The notes: generated by a model not told the origin, from the sequence alone. Counted from the stretch's first letter, positions 48,712 to 60,936 are shown. The stretch is DNA of 64,000 nt from Clostridia bacterium (GCA_036654235.1 JAVVSK010000009.1:19539-83538); one strand, 5' to 3'. Program-made: numbers and translations.

Positions 48712-49918
48712 ATTTTGCTTTATATTGGCGCTTATAGTGTTGAGCTTTTCGCTTCAGGGCTGTATACAGGAGATGACAATAGAAGAAAACGGATACGTAA
48801 TTATGTTAGGAGTTGATAAAGGTGAAAAATTAAAATATAACTTTACTTTTGTTATGCAAAACGAAAGTGCACAATCGGAAAATAGGCTATCGCCGAATAT
48901 TGTAACGGTAAGCACGGAAGGGGAGGATATTTTCGGATCCATAGCGGTTGCGGAATCCGCGCTTCCCTATAATCTCGATTTTTCTCGTATGAGCGTACTC
49001 GTTTTTTCGTCTGATATAGCTAAGTCGACTTTTTTTCACGAATTCTTTCTAATTACGTTTTCGTCTATAAAGGTCAGAGAATCGGCGGACATGCTGATTT
49101 GCGCCGGAAAGAGCGCAGATTTTTTAAACGGCTTAAAAAGTGACGAAAGTATAAGCCTTGCGCATATGCAGTATAGCCTCTTCGATCTGCATTCTAAGGA
49201 AGGCAGGATGATGCCCTGTAGCATGATGCGTTTTTTGGAGGGCGCGCGCGGAAGTCGGTTTGACGCGATAATACCTTTTTGCGCCGTTGATAAATCGATA
49301 GAGACGGAGAAAGATAAGGAAAACGGAGAATCGTCTGAATCGGACGGAACAACTTCGGGAGTAAAACGAAAAGGCGGAATGAAGTCTTACGTCGATGGAT
49401 CAGTTATATTTTCGGGCTTTAAAGAGGTTGGCGTTATAGATGCTAACGATACGAAGATAACCCTTATCGCTCTTGGCGAGCTTAAAAAATGCAACATGAG
49501 CGTGCCTTTCGAGGGGATGGATCTTATTCTGAATCTAAATGAAAAGCATCAGCCTAAAGTAAAATTTTCAGATAATGGGATGCCGACCGTTGAAATAGAG
49601 ATGGGGTTAGAGGCAAATATAGAGAAGAGCACAGCGATCAGAATTCACAGAAACAACGATGACGACAATATAGAACTTATAAAGAAAATCGAGAGCACGA
49701 TAGCGGAATATTTAGAGAGCGAGCTTATTCGCGTATTTGAGATTCAAAAAACGCTCAATTCGGACTTCATGGGTATAGGGCGCTATGCTTGTATGACGTT
49801 TAAGAGCGTTGAACTTTGGGAAGCATACAACTTTCGAGAAAAGCTAAAGATACTTTCGGCGCAATTTTCTGTCGATGTTGAACTTCTCGAATTTAGTTCA
49901 TCATCATATGCCGGATAG
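48701..49918 (+). CDS. Ger(x)C family germination lipoprotein
   Basis: Lipobox LQGC and a 405-aa typical C-subunit. It overlaps the B subunit gene. Confidence 0.8.
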   Translation: MKAKFCFILALIVLSFSLQGCIQEMTIEENGYVIMLGVDKGEKLKYNFTFVMQNESAQSENRLSPNIVTVSTEGEDIFGSIAVAESALPYNLDFSRMSVLVFSSDIAKSTFFHEFFLITFSSIKVRESADMLICAGKSADFLNGLKSDESISLAHMQYSLFDLHSKEGRMMPCSMMRFLEGARGSRFDAIIPFCAVDKSIETEKDKENGESSESDGTTSGVKRKGGMKSYVDGSVIFSGFKEVGVIDANDTKITLIALGELKKCNMSVPFEGMDLILNLNEKHQPKVKFSDNGMPTVEIEMGLEANIEKSTAIRIHRNNDDDNIELIKKIESTIAEYLESELIRVFEIQKTLNSDFMGIGRYACMTFKSVELWEAYNFREKLKILSAQFSVDVELLEFSSSSYAG

Positions 49919-49928
49919 GAAAAAAAAT

Positions 49929-50078
49929 ATGATAGGTATAATAATAATAGCAGGACTTTTTACGGTATACACGGGGATCTATACGGCGATTTCGTTTAAA
50001 AAAGGCAGAATCCTCAGCGGAATGGGCGGGGCGCTTCTCGTTATAGCCTCCATATGCGCGGCGATTCCATGTTTTTAA
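49929..50078 (+). CDS. small two-TM protein (possible germinant-receptor D-type subunit)
   Basis: A 49-aa ORF, MIGIIIIAGLFTVYTGIYTAISFKKGRILSGMGGALLVIASICAAIPCF, starting 10 nt after the gerC stop. It is followed by the hairpin AGGCA..TGCCT and TTTTA. The RBS is weak. Confidence 0.4.
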   Translation: MIGIIIIAGLFTVYTGIYTAISFKKGRILSGMGGALLVIASICAAIPCF

Positions 50079-50232
50079 AATATTTCGCATAAATATTCAA
50101 AATTGAAGACCATAAAACCCTAAAACAGGCATTTTTAGGATTGCCTTTTATGCATGGTTATCCTATAATGAGGTTGAAGAGCGATCGAACCATAGGTGGA
50201 TCGAGAATGATAAATAAGGAGCAACTTAAAAG

Positions 50233-51807
50233 ATGAGAAGCTTTACCGAAAAACTTGGTATTATCGCGCCTAAAGAGGTGTACATGAACCAAAGCCCCGC
50301 GTGGCTTGTTGAAACAGCTATAAAGCGCGGCGAGGGCAAACTTTCTGAAACCGGCGCTTTGGTTGTAGACACCGGGAAATACACCGGTAGATCGCCGGAT
50401 GATCGGTTTGTCGTTGATTATCCCGGTGTTCATAACGAGATAGATTGGGGTAAAATAAACGTCCCAATATCGCGCGAAAAAGCGGATGCCATAAAGACGC
50501 GCATAGTTAGTTATTTGCAAAATCGCGAGCTTTTCGTTTTCGAGGGTTTCGCCGGTGCGGATAAAACCTATGCGCTTCCCGTAAGGGTAATTTGCGAGCT
50601 GGCCAGTTCCGCGCTTTTCGCGACGCAGGCTCTCGTTCGCCCGACTCTTGAACAACTAGAAAACTTTCAACCCGGCTTCACCGTCCTTTGTGCACCTGGA
50701 CTTTCATGTATCCCTGAAATAGACGGGACAAACAGCGAAGCCGCAATAATCGTTGATTTCGAAAATAAGATAGTTCTTATCGCATCCTCAAGATACTCCG
50801 GGGAGATAAAAAAGAGCATCTTCTCGGTTATGAACTTTATTTTACCACATAAAAACGTATTTCCTATGCATTGTTCCGCGAACATAGGAAAGAACGGCGA
50901 CAGCGCATTGTTCTTTGGCCTTAGCGGAACGGGAAAAACGACGCTTTCCGCTGATCCGTCGAGAAATCTTATCGGCGACGATGAACACGGATGGAGCGAA
51001 GAGGGGGTCTTCAATTTCGAAGGCGGATGCTATGCAAAATGCATAAATCTTTCACACGAAAACGAGCCTCAAATCTGGGAAGCAATAAAATTCGGAACTC
51101 TCGTCGAAAACGTAATAATGGACGACGAAACGCGGCATCTCGACTATAGCGACGCGAAAATAACCGAAAATACGCGCGCCGCTTATCCCGTTGAATATAT
51201 CCCGAACTGCGTTATACCGGGCATGGGCGGTCACCCCAAAACGGTTATATTCCTTACAGCGGATGCTTTCGGCGTTCTTCCTCCGATTTCAAAGCTAAAT
51301 AAAGATATGGCGATGTATCATTTTGTTTCCGGATATACGAGTAAGCTGGCGGGAACGGAGCGCGGGATAGTTGAACCGCAAACAACGTTTTCAACCTGCT
51401 TCGGTGCGCCTTTTTTACCGTTGCATCCGTCTGTTTATGCCGAGATGCTCGGGAAACGCATAATGGAACACGATTCGAACGTATATATGATCAATACGGG
51501 CTGGTCCGGCGGTCCATACGGCGTAGGAAAACGCATGAGCATAAAATATACCCGCGCAATGGTTACGGCGGCGCTCAACGGGGATTTAGAGAAGTTCGAG
51601 TTTACGCTTGACCCGATATTTAACGTCTATATCCCGTCGAAATGTCCAAATGTTCCTGATGAAGTCCTTAATCCAAAGTCAACCTGGGCAGATAAGGAAG
51701 CGTACGATAAGCAGGCGAAAGATCTCGCAGCGCGCTTCATTAAAAACTTTTCGAAGTATGATAAGATGCCTGAAAATATAGTAAACGCCGGACCAAAAAA
51801 GGTCTGA
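50233..51807 (+). CDS. pckA: phosphoenolpyruvate carboxykinase (ATP)
   Basis: 524 aa with the kinase-1a motif GLSGTGKTT, plus IGDDEHGW and NTGWSGG. Confidence 0.93.
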   Translation: MRSFTEKLGIIAPKEVYMNQSPAWLVETAIKRGEGKLSETGALVVDTGKYTGRSPDDRFVVDYPGVHNEIDWGKINVPISREKADAIKTRIVSYLQNRELFVFEGFAGADKTYALPVRVICELASSALFATQALVRPTLEQLENFQPGFTVLCAPGLSCIPEIDGTNSEAAIIVDFENKIVLIASSRYSGEIKKSIFSVMNFILPHKNVFPMHCSANIGKNGDSALFFGLSGTGKTTLSADPSRNLIGDDEHGWSEEGVFNFEGGCYAKCINLSHENEPQIWEAIKFGTLVENVIMDDETRHLDYSDAKITENTRAAYPVEYIPNCVIPGMGGHPKTVIFLTADAFGVLPPISKLNKDMAMYHFVSGYTSKLAGTERGIVEPQTTFSTCFGAPFLPLHPSVYAEMLGKRIMEHDSNVYMINTGWSGGPYGVGKRMSIKYTRAMVTAALNGDLEKFEFTLDPIFNVYIPSKCPNVPDEVLNPKSTWADKEAYDKQAKDLAARFIKNFSKYDKMPENIVNAGPKKV

Positions 51808-52079
51808 TACGGATTCAAACTAAAGCTTAAATATTTTTTTCGAAGATAAAACCGGGAAAAGTAAAAATAAACAATTTCGCCCGCGGAACGGGTCGGTCTT
51901 TGCTTTTTATTGACCGACGCAGCTTCGCGGGCGACTTATTAGGCGTTTTTCAACTCTACTCATTAAATATATTTTAATTTGATTTTAGACAAATTTCTTA
52001 AAGAATACCTTTTAGTGGGTCATAAAAAGGCGTTAAAAGGGTGCCGGGTGGCATTTAAAAAGATATATTAATTTATCTA

Positions 52080-52108
52080 TTGACATTTACATTTAAAAGT
52101 GGTACACT
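52080..52108 (+). promoter_or_regulatory. sigma-A type promoter of rpoB-rpoC
   Basis: TTGACA-17 nt-TACACT, which leaves a leader of about 230 nt before the rpoB ATG. Confidence 0.55.
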
Positions 52109-52337
52109 TCGTTGCTACGTTACAATGGGTGGATAATGGGTTAGTGTCATTTAACTCGTTACCGATCGTTTGGTAAAGAATAAAACCCTCAAAACAGGAA
52201 AAAATTCTTTTAGGAATGGAAAGCCTTTACAATAAATAATTTACCCTTCGCAATTTAAGCTTAGGGCGGAAAGTCCTAAAGGTGTTTTAACTATTTTTGG
52301 GCGCATATGCGGCGAGAATTTTCTAAGGAGTGATTCG

Positions 52338-55300
52338 ATGGAACATTTGGTCAAGCTGGGGATGAAGGAACGCATGAGCTTTTCTAAAATCAACGAGGTA
52401 TTGGATATGCCAAACCTGATTGAGGTACAGAAAAACTCATACGATCGATTTGTGGATTATGATCTTGGCGAGGTATTGAACGACATATCGCCAATCACGG
52501 ATTATTCTGAAAAACTTGTATTGGAATTTATCGATAATCGTATCGACCGCGAGCATCCTAAGTACCCCGTTGAGGAGTGCAAGGAGCGGGATGTCAACTA
52601 TTCGGCGCCGCTGAAGGTAACCGTGCGCCTTATAAACAAGGAGACGGGCGAGGTTAAGCAGCAGGAAGTTTTCATGGGTGATTTTCCGCTCATGACGGAA
52701 CACGGAACATTCATTATAAATGGAGCGGAGCGCGTTATAGTAAGTCAGCTCGTTAGATCTCCGGGTGTATATTTTTCCTCATCTATCGACAAGACCGGAA
52801 AACAGCTTTTCGCGGCGCAGATAATTCCAAACCGCGGCGCGTGGCTGGAGTATGAAACGGACAGCAACGAAATTTTATATGTAAAAATTGACCGTCAGCG
52901 TAAGGTACATGCAACGGCGTTTTTGCGTGCCCTCGGGTATTCGAGCAATGCGGAGATTTTAGCGCTTCTAGGCGAGGAGACGCGTCTTTTAGCGACCCTC
53001 GAAAAAGATGTATCTTTTGACGAAGAATCCGGTCTGATTGAAATATATAAGCGTCAGCGTCCGGGCGAGCCGCCGACGGAGGAGAGCGCGCGCTCCCTTA
53101 TAACTTCGCTGTTTTTTGATAAAAGATATGATCTTGCGCGCGTTGGTCGCTATAAATTTAACGATAAGCTGTCGATAGCGAAGCGTCTAATAGGTCAGAC
53201 CGCGGCCGAAAATGTAATCGACCCGGGAACGGGAGAAATCTTAATTGAAGAGGGCGGCTTTATAACAAAAGAAATAGCCCTTACTATTGAAAACGCAGGA
53301 GTCTTCGCCGTATACGTTCGTATTGAAGATAAAAATATAAAAATAATCGGCAACTCGTTTGTCGATGCCTCCTGCTATTTGGATTTCGATCCGAAATCGG
53401 TAGGAATAAACGAAAAGGTTCATTATCAAAAGCTTATGCGCCTTCTCGACGAAACGAAGGATATGGAGATCGAGGAAAGAAAAAATGTTTTCCGCGCCAA
53501 TATACCCGAGCTTATTCCAAGGCATATAACGAAAGACGATATAGTCGCTTCGGTAAGTTACCTTATGGGTCTTCCATACGGAATCGGAACGACCGACAAT
53601 ATTGACCATTTAGGCAACCGAAGGATAAGAAGCGTCGGCGAGCTTTTACAAAATCAGATTCGCGTCGGTCTTACCCGCCTTGAACGTGTCGTAAGAGAGC
53701 GCATGAGCGTTCAGGATATGGACGTTGCAACGCCGAGCAACCTAATAAATATTCGCCCCGTTATAGCAACGATAAAAGAGTTCTTTGGGTCATCTCAGCT
53801 TTCACAGTTTATGGATCAAACGAACCCGCTTGCCGAGCTTACGAATAAGCGAAGATTGTCGGCTTTGGGACCCGGCGGATTAAACCGGGACAGAGCGACG
53901 TTCGACGTTAGAGACGTTCACTATTCTCACTATGGGCGCATGTGCCCGATAGAGACACCGGAAGGACCTAATATAGGTCTTATAAATTCGCTTTCGACAT
54001 ATGCGCGCATAAACGAATATGGATTTATCGAAGCGCCATATAGGAAAGTCAACGCAAAGACGCGAACTATCTCAAAAGAAGTTGTATACCTGACCGCGCA
54101 TGAGGAAGATGGCGCGACTATAGCGCAGGCGAACGAGCCTATGACTATCGATAAGGACGGGAACGAATGGTTCGAAAAAGAAAGAATCGTCGTTCGTATG
54201 CGTGATCAGATAGTCGAGGTCGACAATACCGAAATAGACTATATGGATGTTTCGCCGAAGCAGCTTGTTTCGGTCGCTACGGCTATGATCCCATTTCTTG
54301 AAAACGACGACAGTAACCGCGCACTGATGGGTTCCAATATGCAGAGGCAGGCGGTCCCCCTTCTCGTTCCCGAGGCTCCTATCGTAGGAACGGGAATGGA
54401 ATATAAGGCGGCGCACGATTCGGGCGTTGTAATACTTAATAAACATGCAGGTGTTGTAAAAACAGTTTCGGCGGATAAGATAGTCGTCGAGAGCAATGGT
54501 GGGGTAAAAACCACTTATAAGTTGACAAAATTTAAGCGTTCTAACCAGGGAACCTGTATAAACCAACGCCCTGTAGCAAATAAAGGTCAGGTCGTAGCTG
54601 TTGGAGATGTTTTGGCGGACGGAGCATCGACGCAAAACGGAGAGATCGCCCTTGGGCGAAATATATTAATAGGTTTCATGACTTGGGAAGGTTATAACTA
54701 CGAGGACGCGGTACTGATAAGCGAGGAACTTGTTAGGGACGACGTATTTACGAGTATACATATAGAGGAGCATGAAACCGAGGCGCGGGATACTAAGCTG
54801 GGAGCCGAGGAGATAACGCGAGACGTAACTAACGTCGGCGAGGATGCCTTAAAGGATCTCGACGAGCGCGGGATTATAAGAATAGGCGCGGAAGTGCGTT
54901 CGGGCGATATATTGGTCGGAAAGGTAACCCCTAAGGGCGAAACGGAGCTTACAAGCGAGGAGCGCTTGCTCCGCGCGATATTCGGCGAGAAGGCGAGAGA
55001 GGTTCGAGATACATCGCTTCGCGTTCCGCATGGCGAGGGTGGAATAGTCGTCGACGTAAAAGTATTTACGCGCGAAAATAAAGACGAGCTGTCTCCGGGC
55101 GTTAATCAACTTGTTCGCGTTTATATAGCTCAAAAGAGAAAGATCTCCGTCGGAGATAAGATGGCAGGGCGACATGGAAATAAGGGTGTTATATCGCGAA
55201 TACTTCCTGTCGAGGATATGCCTTTTTTACCGGACGGAACTCCGCTTCAAATAGTTTTGAATCCTTTAGGCGTTCCTTCCCGTATGAATATAGGTCAGGT

Positions 55301-56066
55301 ACTTGAATTGCACCTTGGGATGGTGGCTAGGAAAAAGGGCTTTGACGTAATGACCCCGGTCTTTGACGGGGCGACGGAGGAGGATATTGAGCGTTTGTTC
55401 CGCGAAGTCGGGCTTCCCGAGGATGGAAAGACGACGCTCTACGACGGGCGAAGCGGCGAACCTTTCGACAGTCGGATATCGGTCGGCTACATGTACTATC
55501 TAAAACTATTCCATTTGGTTGACGATAAGATACATGCGCGTTCGACGGGTCCGTATTCTCTCGTTACTCAGCAGCCTTTGGGCGGCAAAGCACAGTTTGG
55601 CGGTCAGCGTTTCGGAGAGATGGAAGTTTGGGCTCTCGAAGCTTACGGAGCTGCAAATACCCTTCAGGAAATTTTGACCGTTAAGAGCGATGACGTTATT
55701 GGGCGCGTAAAGACATATGAGGCGATAGTAAAGGGCGAAAATATGCTTGAACCCGGAATACCGGAGTCGTTTAAGGTTCTTATTAAGGAACTTCAGTCTC
55801 TTGCTCTTAATATAACGGTACTGAACGATAAATGCGAAGAAATTCAAATAGGCGAAATGGTTGATGATGATGAACATACGCCGATAGATATACCCGTTCC
55901 GGGTTCCGAGGAAATCCTCGTAATTCCCGGCTCAGGCGTTGTTCGGGCTGAGTTTAGCGACGATGAACTCGAAGATGATGATGACTTTGAGGATTTTTCC
56001 GGCTTTACGATAGACGAACCCGACGAACCGGCCCCATCCGGCGGAGCAGACAACATGCCTGAATAA
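52338..56066 (+). CDS. rpoB: DNA-directed RNA polymerase subunit beta
   Basis: 1242 aa with canonical blocks ([38 protein letters not shown]). It has an acidic C-terminal tail. Confidence 0.97.
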   Translation: MEHLVKLGMKERMSFSKINEVLDMPNLIEVQKNSYDRFVDYDLGEVLNDISPITDYSEKLVLEFIDNRIDREHPKYPVEECKERDVNYSAPLKVTVRLINKETGEVKQQEVFMGDFPLMTEHGTFIINGAERVIVSQLVRSPGVYFSSSIDKTGKQLFAAQIIPNRGAWLEYETDSNEILYVKIDRQRKVHATAFLRALGYSSNAEILALLGEETRLLATLEKDVSFDEESGLIEIYKRQRPGEPPTEESARSLITSLFFDKRYDLARVGRYKFNDKLSIAKRLIGQTAAENVIDPGTGEILIEEGGFITKEIALTIENAGVFAVYVRIEDKNIKIIGNSFVDASCYLDFDPKSVGINEKVHYQKLMRLLDETKDMEIEERKNVFRANIPELIPRHITKDDIVASVSYLMGLPYGIGTTDNIDHLGNRRIRSVGELLQNQIRVGLTRLERVVRERMSVQDMDVATPSNLINIRPVIATIKEFFGSSQLSQFMDQTNPLAELTNKRRLSALGPGGLNRDRATFDVRDVHYSHYGRMCPIETPEGPNIGLINSLSTYARINEYGFIEAPYRKVNAKTRTISKEVVYLTAHEEDGATIAQANEPMTIDKDGNEWFEKERIVVRMRDQIVEVDNTEIDYMDVSPKQLVSVATAMIPFLENDDSNRALMGSNMQRQAVPLLVPEAPIVGTGMEYKAAHDSGVVILNKHAGVVKTVSADKIVVESNGGVKTTYKLTKFKRSNQGTCINQRPVANKGQVVAVGDVLADGASTQNGEIALGRNILIGFMTWEGYNYEDAVLISEELVRDDVFTSIHIEEHETEARDTKLGAEEITRDVTNVGEDALKDLDERGIIRIGAEVRSGDILVGKVTPKGETELTSEERLLRAIFGEKAREVRDTSLRVPHGEGGIVVDVKVFTRENKDELSPGVNQLVRVYIAQKRKISVGDKMAGRHGNKGVISRILPVEDMPFLPDGTPLQIVLNPLGVPSRMNIGQVLELHLGMVARKKGFDVMTPVFDGATEEDIERLFREVGLPEDGKTTLYDGRSGEPFDSRISVGYMYYLKLFHLVDDKIHARSTGPYSLVTQQPLGGKAQFGGQRFGEMEVWALEAYGAANTLQEILTVKSDDVIGRVKTYEAIVKGENMLEPGIPESFKVLIKELQSLALNITVLNDKCEEIQIGEMVDDDEHTPIDIPVPGSEEILVIPGSGVVRAEFSDDELEDDDDFEDFSGFTIDEPDEPAPSGGADNMPE

Positions 56067-56094
56067 TAAAAATGGTTAAAGGGAGAAAAAGTAT

Positions 56095-59000
56095 ATGTTT
56101 GAGCTTACTAATTTTGACGCTATACGCATAGGGCTGGCCTCGCCCGAAAAGATTCGGGAGTGGTCGCACGGCGAGGTTAAAAAACCCGAGACCATAAATT
56201 ACCGTACCCTTAAACCCGAACGCGACGGACTTTTTTGCGAAAAGATATTTGGACCGACTAAGGACTGGGAATGTTATTGCGGTCGTTATAAACGCATACG
56301 TTTTAAGGGCGTAATCTGCGACAAATGCGGAGTCGAGGTGACTAAATCTAAGGTTCGCCGTGAGCGGATGGGTCATATAGATCTTGCCGCCCCTGTTTCT
56401 CATATATGGTACTATAAGGGAATTCCATGCAGGATGAAGCTGCTATTGGACATGTCCCCTAAGGATCTTGAAAAGGTACTATATTTTGCTGAATTTGTAG
56501 TTACCGATCCCGGAGAGACGCCTTTAATTTACAAACAGCTTCTTACGGATACGGAATATCAAGAGGCAAAAAAGAACTTCGGTGAGGGGGCTTTTAAAGC
56601 CGGCATAGGTGCTGAGGCTGTTAAAGAACTTTTAAAGCAGTTAGATCTTCCGAAACTCGATGCTGAGCTTAAAACGGAAATAGAAAATGCAACGGGGCAG
56701 AAGCGAACGAACGCGATAAAGCGTCTTGAGGTTATCGAAGCATTTATAAAGAGCGGGAATAAGCCGGAGTGGATAATATTGGACGTAATTCCGGTTATTC
56801 CGCCTGAGCTTCGCCCGATGGTACAGCTAGACGGCGGAAGGTTCGCGACGAGCGATTTAAACGATCTCTATAGGCGCGTTATAAACCGCAATAATAGATT
56901 AAAGCGGCTTTTGGACTTACATGCGCCCGATATGATAATAAGAAATGAAAAGCGCATGCTTCAAGAGGCGGTGGATTCGCTTATTGATAACGGTAAGCGC
57001 GGTCGTCCCGTTACAGGACCGGGCAATAGACCTTTAAAGTCGCTTTCCGATATGCTCCGCGGTAAACAGGGAAGATTCCGCCAAAACCTATTGGGTAAAC
57101 GCGTCGACTATTCGGGTCGCTCCGTTATCGTCGTAGGACCGGAACTTAAAATGTATCAGTGCGGTCTTCCGAAGGAAATGGCGCTCGAGCTGTTTAAACC
57201 GTTTGTTATGAAGCTTCTGGTACAAAATCATTTTGCACAGAATATAAAGGGTGCAAGGCGAATGGTAGAGCGCGGAACGAAGGATGTTTGGGATATACTT
57301 GAGGTCGTTATAAAGGATCATCCGGTTCTATTAAACCGCGCGCCGACGCTGCATAGGCTGGGCATACAGGCGTTTGAGCCGATTCTTGTCGAGGGTAGGG
57401 CGCTAAAACTGCATCCCCTTGTTTGCACCGCTTATAACGCGGACTTCGACGGTGATCAGATGGCGGTTCACGTTCCTCTTTCGGTTGAAGCGCAAGCAGA
57501 AGCGCGCTTCCTTATGTTGGCATCGAACAATATACTTAAGCCGCAGGATGGAAAGCCCGTCGTTTCGCCGACGCAGGATATGGTCATGGGCTGCTACTAT
57601 TTAACGAGCATACGCCCCGGAAGTAAGGGCGAATGCAAAATGCTGAGAGAGGACTATGTTGCGCCAACCGATCCAACCGAGCGCATGAAGGATATCGTTC
57701 AGGGTTCGTTTTCAAGCGAAGAAGCGGCGTTAATGGCCTATCAAACCGGAGAGCTATCCCTTCAGGCTCTTGTAAAAATAAAGCTAAAGCGCGAATTTAA
57801 AGGAAAGACCTATGAGAAGTTAGTTAACACTACCATAGGAAGAATAATATTTAATAACGCAATTCCTCAGGATTTAGGTTATGTTGACAGAAGTAAGCCC
57901 GAAAACATGTTTAAACTTGAGGTTGAAAAACAGGTAGTAAGAACCGACCTTGGAACGATAGTTGACAGATGCTATAGGCGACACGGACCGACCATAACGA
58001 GCGAGCTTTTAGACAGAATAAAAAAGCTGGGCTTTAAATATTCGACTAAGGGCGGAATAACTATAGGATTCCAAGATATAACTGTTCCTCCGAGGAAAAA
58101 AGAAATGATAGAGGCTGCCGAACAAAAGATAATCGAAATTGAAACATTTTTTAAGGCGGGCTTCCTATCCCCGGAGGATAGACGTAAAAACGTCATAGCC
58201 GTTTGGAAAAAAACCACGGAAGACGTTACTAAGGAACTAATGGCTTCTCTTGATCCGTTCAACCCGATATATATGATGGCTAACTCGGGAGCGCGCGGAA
58301 GTACGAACCAGATAAGTCAGTTGGCCGGTATGCGCGGACTTATGAGCGATCCGTCGGGTCAAACTATCGAGGTTCCAATAAAGAGTAATTTCCGCGAAGG
58401 ACTTTCGGTTCTTGAATTTTTCGTTTCGTCTCATGGAGGACGTAAAGGTCTTGCCGATACGGCACTTCGAACGGCCGATTCGGGCTATTTAACCCGCCGT
58501 CTTGTCGACGTTGCACAGGACGTTATAGTTAGGGATGAAGATTGTTTTAGACGCAATCATCATGAAGTTAAGAGTATGCTTATCGAATCTATAATGGAGG
58601 GGAATAAGGTAGTCGAGCCTTTATCGGAACGTCTTCTCGGACGTTATACGGCCGAGGATGTTTATAATCCGGAGACGGGTGAAGTGATAATTGAAAATGA
58701 CAAACTTATAACTTTCGATATAAGAAACGAGATAATAAACGCGGGAATAACGAAAGTTCGTTGTAGAACCGTTTTTACTTGCGAAGCGGAACATGGTGTC
58801 TGCGCAAAATGTTACGGGGCTAACCTTGCTACGGGGAAAGAAGTTGATATAGGCGAGGCGGTCGGAATAATCGCGGCGCAGGCGATAGGAGAGCCGGGAA
58901 CGCAGCTAACTATGAGAACGTTCCATACCGGAGGCGTTGCTTCGGCTGACGATATAACTCAGGGTCTTCCGCGCGTTGAAGAAATATTTGAAGCGAGGAA

Positions 59001-59871
59001 GCCCAAGGGTCTCGCGGTTGTTTCGGAAACTCCGGGAAGAGTTTCGTTCTCGGATAATAAGAAAAAGCGCGAGGTTGTTATAGACTTTGAAGGCATAGAG
59101 GGCGATCCAAGTTATCCGCCAAAAGTTACGAATTACCTTATTCCCTTCGGAAGTAAGTTAAAGGTGGTAGAAGGCGACTATGTTCAGGCGGGAGACGGAC
59201 TTACCGAAGGTTCCGTTAATCCGCACGATATATTGAGGATAAAGGGCGTTCGCGATGTCGAAAAATATATGCTAAAAGAGGTTCAAAGCGTATATCGGCT
59301 TCAGGGCGTTGAGATATCGGATAAACATATAGAGATAATAATACGTCAGATGCTGAAAAAGGTTCAGGTTGAATCGTCGGGAGATACCGAGATGCTGCCG
59401 GGCGAGTTGGTGGATAGGGCGCGGTTTTATCGCGAAAACGCGAAAGTTGACGTTGATAACGGTGGGATATCTGCTGAGGGTAAACCTAAGCTTTTAGGCA
59501 TTACTAAGGCTTCTCTTGCGACGGACTCGTTTTTATCTGCGGCATCGTTTCAGGAGACGACGAGGGTCTTGACCGAGGCGGCGATAAAGGGAAAGACAGA
59601 CCATCTGATCGGACTTAAGGAGAACGTTATAATTGGAAAATTAATACCGGCGGGTATTGGTCTTAAACGCTATAGCGATATCGACGTTAACGAGGTGCCG
59701 GGTGTTGAAAAGCCGATTAGAAAGTCACTCAACCTTACTCCGTGGAAAGACGAAACTTCGGAGAATGACGATTTTGATTTTGATGTAAACGGAGATACGA
59801 TTCGTGCTGACGCTGCAACAAAGGAAGTTGAATCGGAAGCGGTTGAAGCGCAAAAGATCGAAGCAGTATAA
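56095..59871 (+). CDS. rpoC: DNA-directed RNA polymerase subunit beta'
   Basis: 1258 aa with a Zn finger (CYCGRYK...CDKCGVEV) and the catalytic NADFDGDQM motif. Confidence 0.97.
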   Translation: MFELTNFDAIRIGLASPEKIREWSHGEVKKPETINYRTLKPERDGLFCEKIFGPTKDWECYCGRYKRIRFKGVICDKCGVEVTKSKVRRERMGHIDLAAPVSHIWYYKGIPCRMKLLLDMSPKDLEKVLYFAEFVVTDPGETPLIYKQLLTDTEYQEAKKNFGEGAFKAGIGAEAVKELLKQLDLPKLDAELKTEIENATGQKRTNAIKRLEVIEAFIKSGNKPEWIILDVIPVIPPELRPMVQLDGGRFATSDLNDLYRRVINRNNRLKRLLDLHAPDMIIRNEKRMLQEAVDSLIDNGKRGRPVTGPGNRPLKSLSDMLRGKQGRFRQNLLGKRVDYSGRSVIVVGPELKMYQCGLPKEMALELFKPFVMKLLVQNHFAQNIKGARRMVERGTKDVWDILEVVIKDHPVLLNRAPTLHRLGIQAFEPILVEGRALKLHPLVCTAYNADFDGDQMAVHVPLSVEAQAEARFLMLASNNILKPQDGKPVVSPTQDMVMGCYYLTSIRPGSKGECKMLREDYVAPTDPTERMKDIVQGSFSSEEAALMAYQTGELSLQALVKIKLKREFKGKTYEKLVNTTIGRIIFNNAIPQDLGYVDRSKPENMFKLEVEKQVVRTDLGTIVDRCYRRHGPTITSELLDRIKKLGFKYSTKGGITIGFQDITVPPRKKEMIEAAEQKIIEIETFFKAGFLSPEDRRKNVIAVWKKTTEDVTKELMASLDPFNPIYMMANSGARGSTNQISQLAGMRGLMSDPSGQTIEVPIKSNFREGLSVLEFFVSSHGGRKGLADTALRTADSGYLTRRLVDVAQDVIVRDEDCFRRNHHEVKSMLIESIMEGNKVVEPLSERLLGRYTAEDVYNPETGEVIIENDKLITFDIRNEIINAGITKVRCRTVFTCEAEHGVCAKCYGANLATGKEVDIGEAVGIIAAQAIGEPGTQLTMRTFHTGGVASADDITQGLPRVEEIFEARKPKGLAVVSETPGRVSFSDNKKKREVVIDFEGIEGDPSYPPKVTNYLIPFGSKLKVVEGDYVQAGDGLTEGSVNPHDILRIKGVRDVEKYMLKEVQSVYRLQGVEISDKHIEIIIRQMLKKVQVESSGDTEMLPGELVDRARFYRENAKVDVDNGGISAEGKPKLLGITKASLATDSFLSAASFQETTRVLTEAAIKGKTDHLIGLKENVIIGKLIPAGIGLKRYSDIDVNEVPGVEKPIRKSLNLTPWKDETSENDDFDFDVNGDTIRADAATKEVESEAVEAQKIEAV

Positions 59872-60035
59872 TTTACAGTACTGCTATAGAGGCGATTGCG
59901 ATATTTATATATGTGGGGGTGGATATTTATATCTGCTCCCTACATACTGTTAAATCGCTGATTTTTTATTTTTTAGTAGCAGGACTTATGTCCTAATAGC
60001 ATTTTGCCCATTTGGGCAGTAAACTAACGAAAGAG

Positions 60036-60824
60036 ATGACAAAAATGCCTGAAAAAAACGGCTGTAGCTTAACCGAAACAAAATATTGCAGGCTCATAAA
60101 TAGCGAGTCCTGTGAAAAATGCGTTATGAGCGACGGCAAAGAAGAGAACGTGGACGAAACGAAAAAATATTTCGACGCTATATTGGATAAATTACCTATA
60201 GAGGGCGTAAGCGATCTGCATACGATCTGTGATTGCTTACTTTGCGCCGATTCCGAAAACCGAAATACCGCCGAGTGTTATGCGCTGACGGATTTGGGGC
60301 ATGAGGAGCCGATCCGAAACAAAAAAATGTTGTTTTCAAAAAAGACATTGGAGGTACGCGGGGCTTTTTTACCTATCGCTATTTCTTCTTGTAAGCGCTG
60401 TAGAAAAAATTATATGTTGGTGGAGTTTTTACCGACGAGCATTGGTATTTTAATAACGCTGGCGGCGCTTATTCTACTCGGTATAAGAGATATAAGAGAA
60501 CCTATAACGCGCGTTGCCCCCTATCTTCCGTTACTTGTTTTTATCTCTGCCGTCGGGTTTTCTTGGCTTATTGCGATACTCGTACGAAGATTTTTACTAG
60601 AAAAAAAGAGCGCTGAAACGCAGTTCGATATATTTAAAATTGATAGACTTCGGATGCTGAAACTCAACGGGTGGTTTGATCTATATAACAGTAAATATAC
60701 ATCGCACCTTATTTTTAAAAACGAGATGCCGAAGCAGGGGCTGTTTATGGATTATGACGGTAAACACGAAGAAGCGAAGGTGGTAGCCTTTAAAAAGCCG
60801 GAAGAAAATCTTCCCGAGGAGTAA
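60036..60824 (+). CDS. hypothetical membrane protein with Cys-rich N-terminal domain
   Basis: Cys pairs (CRLINSESCEKC, CDCLLC, CKRCRKN), then two TM helices. I do not recognise the family and the start is uncertain (the track uses TTG at 60012). Confidence 0.45.
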   Translation: MTKMPEKNGCSLTETKYCRLINSESCEKCVMSDGKEENVDETKKYFDAILDKLPIEGVSDLHTICDCLLCADSENRNTAECYALTDLGHEEPIRNKKMLFSKKTLEVRGAFLPIAISSCKRCRKNYMLVEFLPTSIGILITLAALILLGIRDIREPITRVAPYLPLLVFISAVGFSWLIAILVRRFLLEKKSAETQFDIFKIDRLRMLKLNGWFDLYNSKYTSHLIFKNEMPKQGLFMDYDGKHEEAKVVAFKKPEENLPEE

Positions 60825-60936
60825 AATAAAAGCTTTTTAAAAAGAGCAATAGTATTAAAGACTAAGCCTTTTCGTATAGTTTTTAAAGTTGGGAAAAAAT
60901 TTTTAAGCGCAATTTGGTGTTAATGATTTGGATCGG

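Noticed and set aside
50158-50655. A 165-aa minus-strand ORF overlapping the pckA start.
   Set aside because: It is antisense to a highly conserved pckA frame. It has no RBS and no recognisable motifs.
56005-56403. A 132-aa minus-strand ORF spanning the rpoB-rpoC junction, together with the many other antisense ORFs inside rpoB/rpoC (for example 54072-54635).
   Set aside because: These are shadow ORFs opposite extremely conserved coding sequence. They show no independent signals.
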